DNA of 64,000 nt from Sphyrna mokarran (taxonomy: Eukaryota): contig JAGIQG010000016.1 of assembly GCA_024679065.1 (NCBI GenBank), forward strand, positions 46,314,001-46,378,000. The letters run 5' to 3'. Below the pieces are notes generated by a model, which searched no databases, had not been told where the DNA came from, and worked only from the letters and a program-made list of their open reading frames with translations. Position numbers and translations under genes: made by a program. The stretch's first letter is position 1. The number at the start of each line of letters is the position of its first letter. Below are positions 1 to 64,000 of the stretch, in pieces.

Positions 1-562
1 TAAGTGGTTGTGATGGGTCAGCTGGAGCCACTGAACAATTTATTTAAGCTTGGAATTGAAAAAATACCGTGTACGTAAACCACCCACAATCTCAAAACAG
101 TTAAATGATAATGACCGTGAAAGGGATTTACAAGTTTGACTTTTGGGCAATTGAATTCCAGTTGGAGTCATGCAGTACAAACACAATACTGCCTTCAGTG
201 ACAAAATTGTGCTTTGTGTCTCGAGCATGATTTGTAACCTGTCCATTTCAAACACCTAGAATGTAAACAAAAATGTCTTTAGTGAGTTTTATATCCCAAG
301 ATTAGGAACCAAGTGAGGTTTTTTGAAAGTTGTAGTTGTAACTCTTAACTCATTAAGAGCTTTTTTTAAACTTCCACGTCTCTAGCTGGAAAGCTGTACT
401 TGAAGCAACTGCAGGTGTGGAAGCAATGTTGAAAATCTGTTCAAACTTTGGGCTTCTAACAATGAATAGTTGCTCAAAATACAATTCTGGTTCATCATAA
501 CAGCCGTACACCTTGACATATGTTCAAGTCTAGCTATAACATTGACATTTACCCAACAATTT

Positions 563-1903
563 GAAAAGTTGCCCAGGTATGTCCTGTGCATAAAAATCAG
601 GACAAATTCAGTCTGATTAATTACCGCTCCATCAGTCTGCATATGATCATCAGTAAAGCGATGAAAGGGATCAGCAACAGTGTAATCAAGCAGTAATTGG
701 AACCATAGCTTTGCAATAACTTGCTGATGCTCAGTTTGACTTCTGTCATGACCACTGGACAAAAGAGCTGAACTCCAGATGCGGGAAAGATGATACTCTT
801 GTCATCAAGCAGCATATTACAGAGAGTGGTATCAAGGACTCCTAGCAAAACTGCGGTCAATAGGAATCGAGAAGGAAAATTCTCCACTGGTTGGAGTCAT
901 ACCAAGCACAAAGTCATCTCCGTTCTTGGGCATGACTGTAGAAGTTCCTCAGGGTAATATCCTATGCTTATCAATTGCTTCATCGACCACCTTCCCTCCA
1001 TCATAAGATCAGTAGCAGGAGTGTTTGTACAATATTCAGCACCATTTGCAATGATTCAGATGCTGGAAAAGTCCATTTGTCCAAATGTAGCAAGATCGTG
1101 ACAATATTCAGGCTTGAGCTGACAAGTGGCAAGTAACATTCATGCCACACAATTATCAGGCAATGATCATCTCCAACAAGCAAGAATCTGACCAATGTCC
1201 TATGACATTCAATCACAGTGCCATCATTTAATCCTCCACTAGTAACATTCTGGGGGTTTACCATTGACCAAATGCTGAACTGGATCAGCCATATAAGTAA
1301 CTATGACTCAAGCAGCTAGGAAACCTGCAGTGAATAACTCACTTCCTGACTCCCCAAAACCTGTCTGTCATCAATAAGGCACAAATCAGGAGTGTGATAG
1401 AATACTCTCCACTTGCCTGGAAGGATACGTCTTCAACTGCGCTTGGGAAGCTTAGCATCATCCAGGTCAAAAGCAGCCTGCTTGATTAGCACTCCATTCA
1501 CTTCCTCCACCACCAATGCACAGTGGCAGATGTGTACAAGAAGCATTACAAGAACTCACCAATTTTCCACAGGCAGCACCTTTTAAACCCCCAACGACTA
1601 TCATCTAGAAGGAAACACCACCACCTGGAAGTACCCCTCAAAGCCACATGCCATTCTGAGTTGGAAAGCTATCACCTTTCCTTCACTGTTACTGGGTTAA
1701 AATCCAGGAACACCCTCCGTAACAGCACTATGGGTGTACTTACCTGGCATTGACTGCAGTGGTTTAAGAAGGCAGGTTTTCAATGCATTCAGCAATTTCA
1801 CAGTAACTTTAATGTAGCCTCACTTATGACTAATAAATAAAAGTTTAGAGGTGGCTAGTGAATGCTGGCCTAGCCAGTGATGCCCAAGTTCCATGAATGA
1901 ATT
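563..1903 (+). mobile_element. Decayed 5'-truncated CR1-group LINE (family with atgaatgaat tail)
   Basis: Remnants of NYRSISL, VPQG and ILG.TIDQ.LNW reverse-transcriptase motifs; 3' UTR shared with copies at about 21960, 42400 and 63050. Confidence 0.8.
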
Positions 1904-2229
1904 TACTTTGTCATGTAAGTCATAATAATTGATTTTTAGCTACCTGCTCTTGAATATAGAACTGACTTCCAAAAGACACAGACAGATTTTGCTTCTTTTG
2001 GCATACACTCAAACAATATGTTAGAAAAGCATATCTATTACTTTTGAGTCAACATCCCACAATGAGTTGCCATTTTTAATACTTTTCAGGACAATCTGAG
2101 ATGTTGTGGAATTTTTTTCTGTTTCCCACCTAACCCCCAAGATGTATTATTGTTCCAAACACTTCTAAAGTCCCATTGTTAATAAGTTTTCTTATAGTGG
2201 AATCTGGAATCTGTCCATCTTTTTTGCAG

Positions 2230-55652
<53,423 letters not shown>

Positions 55653-58600
55653 TGAAAAGTCAGCATGCGTTTCTACTTCCAACCTGTAGATGGTTCCCCT
55701 GATATTACCTGTTGTAGTCAACGAAAACATTAATTTTGGAGTTTATTTTGAACATGTTAGACAATTCCAAAATATTGAGATATTTGTCAATGATGTGTGT
55801 ATTCTGTTTGTCAAAGGGTATTCCATGAGGCACTTATTCTGAATCCCTTTGTATTCTATAGTTTGTATTTTTGTTTTTGTTTGTCTTAAAGGAATGTCTG
55901 CATTGTTTCCCTCTTTTATTTTATGTCTTTAAAATACTATTTCAGGGACTTTGAATTGTATGTCGACATTATGGGACACTACTGTCTTAAACAGTAAATA
56001 TTTGAGGTAAATGTATGGTTTGAACACTGTACAGTGTAAAATGAAGTCATTAACATTATGAATAAGTGGTTTCAGTGCTTTTAAATTATTAGTAACTGTT
56101 AAGCCAATAGGTGTACAATTTTGAATTGCAGTTGTGATGCACCTGGAAACATGATACATGAATTGTTTATTGAGGGAATGATGGGAATTGAAAGGTGCAG
56201 AGAATTCAATGATTCATTTGCTAAGGCCAAAATGGTCGTTTTCATTTTGGTACTTCTATGCCCAATTCAGTTTTATGTTTGATGGGTGTGATGAAATTGA
56301 GATGTTTTTGCGGTCTGTTTCTTGCATAGTTACAGTGGAGTTTGCAAACTCAGTTTCGGCCCCCGCCCCCCACCCAAAAATTATGAACACGGCATACCAT
56401 AGAGAAGCACAATTACAAATTTGCAATAAGTAAACAATACTAATACCCTTTGAGAATGGAGTTGATTTCAACTCAACTGTTTTAGAACAGCGAAACATAA
56501 CTTTCAATGCACAATATACAGATTATATGAAAAACTGTACTTGATGGATTGATGGCCTTGATGTAGCAAAGTCTCTGAAATGTGTTGCTAGAGAATAGCT
56601 GGGGAAACAATTTTTCCTCCTTTTTTCCCTCCCTTAGCTAAGGCTTCTTGAATCTCCGAGGTGTAATCTCATGACATGGGGATGTGGATTATTTTTTAAA
56701 ACTCTGTAGTACAGTTGTCTCTACTTCTCCTTAGGGAAACTGTACATTTTAAACTAATGAAAAACAGTTGGCTGTGCTTAACCTCTACTCCCTTATAATT
56801 ATTGCAGCCTAATACACATTCTGTCTTCGCACCAAGATCAGCTCGCAGCTAGATATTAAATAGTACCTAACCAATACCTGGCGGATCAATATCTCACGTT
56901 CTGAGTTGGAATTTTGTTTTTAACACTAATCTTCTGCCCATTGATGGGTAGCTCGCAGATCTCTTTGGGTTTCACATCATGCACCTTCATCTCCAATATA
57001 TTTCTTGAGAAGCACCTGATTCAGAGCAGATTTCAGTAGATTCTTTCTATGTTTGTGTCAGTAGGACGCATCCTAAAGTGTCAATCGGCCAGTTACAAAT
57101 TCAGTATGAATCTGCAGCATTTAACAAATCTGGCAAGTTTACACTGAGCTCACTGCTAACTTGTGAGCCCTGTGTTTTATGAGCTGACAATGCAAAACTC
57201 CACTGGTTCCAGCTGGTATAAAAGCTCTATATAAAATGGAATTATGTACTTCCCAGACATTTGAAACTTACTACAACTTACCTTAATATGAATTGAATAA
57301 GGAACAAAATTAATAACTGTTAAATCTTTGTGTATGAATAATAATTAGATGATAAATATCATCTGACTTTATTTCATATTTGGATACCAGGAATTGCTAT
57401 CAGTAGATCAGAGATTTGTTCTAACATAGTGTCAGGAAAAACTCGGGAAAGAGAGCAAGAGGAAAATGACAAGAAAATCTGTAGTGATTGCTAAATTTCA
57501 GTGATTTCCCACAGAAATGTAGAGCCCAATGAGCCATTCTCTTGGCTCTGTTAAAACCAGCATTGGCAAGTGCCTGGTAACCCACTGCTGCTCTTAGTAT
57601 CAAATGGTAGAAAAGGTTAGGACAAGAGCCCTTTCTTAAAATAAAGGTAGATTAATAACATAAATGATCATATGAAAGGATTAAGTTTTCCTGTTGACTA
57701 TTATGCAGTAATGATTGTGTTTAATTTATGTACTTGAAGCGGAAGAAACTAATCTAGCATTTAGAAACAGGATATAGTACAAGTTTTTGAAAATGTTGAT
57801 TTGTTTTAATTAAGGTAACCTGGGAGAAGCTTAACAGATTTATTGATCCCTAATCCTCTCCCATCTAAAAATGTGCACTTGTATTGAAGTTGCACAGGCA
57901 CTGGGTGCACTTTGATCTAAGGGCCAAAACAAATGTAAAAGCTAACTTGGAAAATGTCAGTGTGTTATTGGGCTGTGGCATGCGTTATAAACAAGCTGTA
58001 TGCATAATGTCCTACAATTGAATTGGGTGATGGTTCACTCCACACAAACTGATTTATTGGAGGATTTCCCTGTAGTCATGGCTTGTTCTATCTTGATCAA
58101 CGCATTTACTTTCTGAAGTTTTGAAACAGTTGTGATGTTGACAGATTTAAGTTGTCATATTGCAATAATGATGCTTTGAACTTGGGGATATTGCCGAAGC
58201 TGAAAAGTTGTTATAACAAATAAATATTCAAAGAATGTCATTTACCATACTTCTCAAGTCAGGGGAATTCATAACTGCCTTCAAATCTCAGAATGAGTTA
58301 GCAACCTTGAAATCACTCCAAGTTATGTGTATTTACACTTTGTACAGTGTGGTTAATGGAGAGGATTGTATTTACTTTCGGGCTGTGTATTTTTGTTGAC
58401 AGTGCTGTGTGTTGATAAGTGATAACATCACACAAAATTGAAGATTGTGATATAATGAAAAGGTTTATTAAGTCATTGCTTACTGTAACAAGCAAACTAT
58501 AAAATATATTAAATTATACAGAAATGAAATAGTTAATTTTAAATGGCTTCATTTGTCATATTACAGATGCAATCAGTGTAAATTCTGGATAGTTCTTTCC

Positions 58601-60780
58601 TCAAAAATCTCATTAAAAAAATTGAGAATAAATAGATTGTATTAATTCAAGATGCTTTAATTCTGGCATCAAATGAGGGCGACAATTAATCTCCACCTGT
58701 AATGTACATGGATGCTGCCAACAGTATCAAAGTTAGATGTAGAACTTTTGATTTGCTGGAATCTTGCTATTTTTTTTCCTGACTCGAGCATTCTGGTTTG
58801 ATTTTATTTTAATGATGTGGGTAGTGGACATATGCTTAATTATGTGCTTTTCTTTTAATTTGTTAATTCAGGTATGAACATAAAGAGTGACTAAAAATGG
58901 CAGCAGCATAATTAATTATATTTACCAGGTATGTCCAATGATTGACCACAGGTGCACCAAATACTTCATTTGAAGCAATTTTTCATTGTTTCAGACAATT
59001 TATTTGCTGCCTATTTGTTTAAACCTCGTTTCATATCTATTCCTGTCATTGGTTTACTTAGGAAACGAATGAACAGTGGTGTGAGCACCAAAATAACTTG
59101 CTGATTTGTGCCACCTTGAAGTGTAGGTAGTACTGCTTGACTCTCGTGAGATTGCCCAAAGCTCGTATCATTTGCACTGTTCATTACTAGTAGCATGACA
59201 GCTATGAGTGTGAAGCTTATTTATCACTTAAAATGGTTAAACACTAATGGAGCCTGATACTCTTTAATTCTGTATGCACCAGTTTATTTCACTAGCTTTT
59301 CTAAGCAGTCAAATTGTTTGTAGAGCTTACTAACCAGTAAGAGCTCCTGCCACTATTGAAGAACATTGCAATCTAATACCATCTCAACTTCACAGCAGTG
59401 CAGAATAGTAGAGCCGTGGTTCCTCACTTGCATTTCTTTTCAGAGACTATTGATAATGCAATTGGAGATGCAGTGTTAACTTAGCAAGTGCACTAAGTTA
59501 ATTTGACTATTAAATATGGCATATTGATCACTTATTAGTTGGCCTGTTTATAAATAATTTGTTTTTTAATGGACTGATCATGTTTTGTGATGTAATGCTA
59601 TCATATTACCCAATTGAAAATAACATATTGCTTTATTTTCTTATAATTGGTTTTAATGCAAGTCAAGTAGTCTATGCAACAAGGATAAAATGGTTCACAT
59701 GTGATATTTATAATTAAAGTGAATGCATACTTTAAGTATCACAGCTTATCACCATTGTTGTTTTGGTGTTCTTTCAGCAGTCAACATTTTGTTTATGAAG
59801 AGAATCATAATTGCATTGTTCGGTGTTGCAGTTATTGCTCTTCACTGCTCCTAAAGGCATTACCACCTGTCTTTGGTACATTGTCAAAGTTGGTAGATAA
59901 TCTTCAATTCTCATCCAAAGTATACATCTTGGATTTTCCAGAAGGGTATCACTGAAGGGTGATCCTGAGCAGGGATTGCTGGAAGGTGTTTCCTAGCTGT
60001 CACGACAAACCTCTTCTTTTTCCAGGCTGATATTACCTAACTTATGAATGAAAATGGAACCATTCTGTTCTGTATAACTTGGTGCCATCATGTGGTACCA
60101 CATCAGGCGCTATCTTATAAATGTATCATCAGGGTAAACTAATCAAAGGTTGTTTTATTGGAAATTTGTTTTTGAAGAAATAGATAGTTGATCCCCGATT
60201 GTCTTGTCAAAGCTAATCTTTGCAACTTTTGCTTGGATTAATATCTCACATTTATAACTGCTGTCATGCTCTAGCAATATAAATTTAATCAGTTAATTTG
60301 CTGGTGCCATTGAAAATACAAAATTGTGTTTTGCTTATCCCACCAAAAATTCAGTGAATAGAAATAATATGTCCATGATGCAAGTTAAAAACAATCTTAA
60401 CTGAATCCTGAATAATTGAATTATTGTGATTTACATATCCAGTTGTAGCTCCATTTCAGTGTACAATTTGGACTACTTGTGTGCAGAATGTTATGTTTAC
60501 ATATTTAAGTTCTAGGACATACATTATGGTGACCACGTAGAAGTTAATTATTAATAGGTTTAATGGATGAGAAATATATTACTGTGAATTGCATTAAAGA
60601 ATACGCATAATTTAAGAGCATTCCTTGCCACTGTGGATGTATAAATATTTTGGAGGAACAGATAAAATATATAATATGAAATAACTATGTAAAGTTTTCT
60701 ATGTCAAAATATTCTGTATAATATACTGATTGGAATTGGATAATCAGTTAATAAATCAATGAGGTTTTACATCTTCTAAG
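55653..60780 (+). other. Probable long 3' UTR of ARFGEF2 (3' end uncertain)
   Basis: No recognisable TE over ~5 kb in an otherwise TE-dense window; AATAAA at 57640, 58219, 58627, 60750 and ATTAAA at 58508. Confidence 0.5.
60750..60755 (+). promoter_or_regulatory. Candidate distal polyadenylation signal
   Basis: AATAAA preceded by several TGTA motifs (about 60638, 60688, 60716), near the end of the TE-free block. Confidence 0.4.
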
Positions 60781-61262
60781 TTGCTCACTACAGTTGATGA
60801 TTAAAGCTCATTATTTGCACTAGTGTGCTTTTTAAAATGTATGTAAGAACAGATGATTAATGTGACATATGATAAAGTTATTGCTGCTTCTATCTGTGTT
60901 TGAGAAATTCCTTAAGTTTTGTTTTCCTCAATATGTAACATTCATTACCTGGCATATCCCTCACTCTATGCTTGCCAACAACTTAAGAGCTTGTCGGGAG
61001 TAGCACCAGCCATACCTGAAAGTGAGGTGCCCAGCCTGGTGACAGAAAATCACACTATATGCATGCTAAACAACAAAAGCAGCATGCTGTAGGCAGAGAA
61101 AAACAATCCCACAGCCATTGATTTCTGGTGGTTTTTATAGAGTTATGATCAACAGGAAACTAAGGTTGATGTCCCTGGCGAGGGTAGAGTCAATGATCAG
61201 AGTAGCCAATGAAATTTAATTGAGGCACCACCTCATGCAATTTTTTAATGCAACCCCAGCCA

Positions 61263-61542
61263 GGCAGCACAATGGTTAGCACTGCTGCCTTACAGCGCCA
61301 GGGAGCCAGGTTCAATTCCCAGCTTAGGTCATGTTGTGTGGAGTTTTCACATTCTCCCTGTGTCTGGATAGGTTTCCTCCAGGTGCTCCAGTTTTACGAA
61401 AGACAGCTCGTTAGATGCATTAGCTATGCTAAATTTTCCCTCAGTATATCAAACAAGTGCTGGACTGTGGTGACTAGGGGATTTTCACATTAGTTCATTG
61501 CAGTGTTAATGTAAGCCTACTTGTTATTAATAAATAAACTTT
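61263..61542 (+). mobile_element. Near full-length V-SINE with non-CR1 tail
   Basis: ggcagcacaatggttagcactgctgcc..ggttcaattccc head; tail as at 40791-40883. Confidence 0.88.
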
Positions 61543-61719
61543 AAGATAAAACATCAGATCAAGGCCAAGATAAGATGCAATATCTCATCTTGTCAGCTTA
61601 GATCTTGTTTGTCTATCTTGTGAGGACCATGAATAGGATTCCATTGGAATTTGAATTTGTTTTTTTGAATAAATATTTGAAATGAAAATAATCCCACAAC
61701 CAAGACAATCCTCTGCATT

Positions 61720-63440
61720 CAGTTTTGAATGGTAGCGAGCAATTAAATAACCAGCAGAAGTGACTTCACAAGTACTCCCATCCTCTATGGCAGAGTCAAG
61801 TATGTCATCGCAGGAGAACATGCTGAAGCATTTTCAGCTAAGTGGATGATGCATCTTGACTTCCACATGACCATCTTCAACAAATTCAGTTGCCTCCATG
61901 TGAAATCAAAAACAGCTGAAAACGTTAGATGTAGCAAAGAATATGGGCCCTTTGAGCGTTCCAGCTGAAGTACTGAAGACTTGTGCTCCAGCCGTCCCCA
62001 ACCAAGCCACTCAAGTACAACCAGGATCTACCTGACATTGTGGAAAATTGATCGATGATGATCTGTCCAGAAAATACAGGACAGTTGGATTTGATCTATT
62101 TACTGTCCCATCAGCTGATATTCAATCATCAGCAAATTACCAAGGGTATTGTCCACAATTGTATCAAGCTGTACTTATTCTAGAGCTGAGGAGAAAGTGA
62201 CTGCCTTTCGCATGAAGACAGTTTTTGACCGACTGGCATCAAGAAGCCCTAGCAAAATTAAAGTCTGTGGACACCAGAGGGGGAATGTTTCCATTGGTTG
62301 GTGTTGTATGCAGCACCAGGGAAGAGGTTGTGTTTATTGGAAGTTAATCATCTCAGGACATCATTGCAGGTATTCCTCAGGGTAGTGTCCTAGATACAAC
62401 TATTTCCATACAAAATGAAATCAAAAGTGGGGATAAACTTTACTGTGGATGCTGGAACTTGAAACAAGAACAGAACATGTTGGAAAATCTCAGTAGATCT
62501 GACAGCATCTGTGGAGAGAGAATGTTTTGAGCATGTAGAGTCCTTCATCAGACCTCAAACATTGGCTCTATTCTTTCTCCAAAAATGCTGTCAGACTTGC
62601 TGAGATTTTCCGTCAGACATGGATGTTTGATTATTGGTACTAAACATTACACATTCACAACTCCTTAGTTACTCAAGTAGTGTGCCAATTTCTGAAAATG
62701 AACTGGGAAATGTTCATGACTCTAGGAAAAGGTCACGCAGAAAGACCTTGACAATGTGCTGGTTGGGCTGATGAGTAATATTTGCACTAAACAAGTGCCA
62801 GGAAATATCCTGTGAGAGAGAATCTTACCATCTGCTTTTCATCAATAGCAGGGCCGTCACTGAATCCATCTCCCAGCAAAATCTTGGCAATTATCATTGA
62901 TCAGAAACTTAACTGGACCAGCCATTTCAATATTGTGTCAAAAGACTGAGAATTCTGTGCTAAGTAATTCACCTCCCCAAAGCATGTCCAACATCAAGGA
63001 ATAGGTTAGGTATGTGACGTGAACAGAACGCAGGAGCCCATTTGATTGGTACCCCCATTCAACACCTTAAACATTCATTCCATCCATCACCAGCAGACAG
63101 TGGCAGCAGTGTGCACAATTTACGAGATACACTGCAGCAACTTGCTGTGCCTCCTTTCTAAACCTGTGATCTTTGCCACTAAAAGGACAAGGGCATCAGA
63201 TACACAGGCACATCCCCACTTACAAGTTCCATTCCACACAGTTGCCTGATTTAGAACTATTTTGCTGTTCCTTCACTGGGTCAGTAGCCTGGAGTTCCCT
63301 CCTTAATAGCACAGTGATATTGCAACATTACATTAACTGTAGCGATTCAAGAAGGCAGTTCACCACCAACTTCTTGGGCAATTAGGCATAAGCAATGAAT
63401 GCTGGTCTTGCCAGCATTGCTCATCCCATGAACAAAAAAT
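61720..63440 (+). mobile_element. Decayed CR1-group LINE (family of 563-1903) with nested Penelope-derived inverted repeat at 62441-62611
   Basis: GIPQGSVL and IDQKLNWTSH remnants plus family tail. Confidence 0.8.
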
Positions 63441-63659
63441 AATCCACAATAACTTCTGATCAGTTGTATGTAAATAGGATAATAGGTACTAGATAAGAGG
63501 GATCCGTAGCATTTTCCTTTTAAATTGAAAATTGTGCAAGTCATTCTATTACGTTATTGAAGAAGTGAGATTGCAGAACCAGTTATTTGCAGTTTAGTAA
63601 ATCAAATGTCACTTGTTCTTAAGGATGAGCTGACTTGTACCTTGACAGTTTTCAAATAT

Positions 63660-64000
63660 CTGCAGTGTTAGGAAGGATTTGTAAAGGGAAGGTCATGTCT
63701 GATGAACTTGCTTGAAGTGCTGACAAAGTGATGGATAGGGTATTGCATGTATGGCTATTATTTATGCATTTTCAGAAATTATTTTATTAAATCTCTCAAA
63801 GGACTGTTAGCTAAAGTTGCAGTTCATGGACTTGAAGGCAAATTATTGAACTGGTTAGGAAAACATGAGCACCAGAAAGAGAAAGGGATAATGGGCAGGA
63901 ACTCTACTTTGGCATGATGAGACCAGTGCCTCTCCCCTAGAGGTTGTGCAACTAGGGATCTTTATTGGGAATTCAACAATTGACTGTTAATTACTCAGAT
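63660..64000 (+). mobile_element. Degraded CR1 RT fragment running to the window edge
   Basis: GFVKGRSCLMNLLE motif at about 63674-63716. Confidence 0.65.

Noticed and set aside
1-6. Window starting inside a (g)taagt donor of the upstream exon
   Set aside because: The preceding base and exon are outside the window, so it cannot be tested
59476-59501. Iron-responsive-element-like hairpin (ttaacttag caagtgca ctaagttaa)
   Set aside because: 8-nt loop is not CAGUGH and there is no bulged C; a 9-bp AT-rich stem is plausible by chance
61263-61330. tRNA gene
   Set aside because: tRNA-derived SINE head that continues into V-domain and tail; no complete cloverleaf

Overview
Eukaryotic, AT-rich, CpG-depleted vertebrate genomic DNA. 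The repeat content (HE1-like V-SINEs, Deu-domain SINEs, CR1/L2/Rex1 LINEs, Penelope-derived inverted repeats) points to a cartilaginous fish, probably a shark (inference). One + strand gene dominates: ARFGEF2 (BIG2, brefeldin A-inhibited ARF guanine-nucleotide exchange factor 2). I traced 34 coding exons by hand from 2230 to the stop at 55652. All introns are GT-AG, phases chain without a break, and the total is 4821 nt (1606 aa plus stop). These correspond roughly to human exons 6-39; the 5' exons lie upstream of the window. A ~5.3 kb stretch with no recognisable TE and several poly(A) signals follows (likely a long 3' UTR). Introns hold many decayed and nested retrotransposons, a Harbinger-like DNA transposon and a candidate solo LTR. 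I cannot demonstrate a new biological system. The best leads are: an unexplained CpG-retaining, stem-rich 160-bp segment with a cryptic acceptor (48465-48630); Penelope-derived hairpins with decayed hammerhead ribozyme cores; an exact 41-bp direct repeat bracketing one exon; and two V-SINE subfamilies with different 3' tails. Family assignments and human comparisons are from memory, not from database searches, and TE boundaries are approximate.
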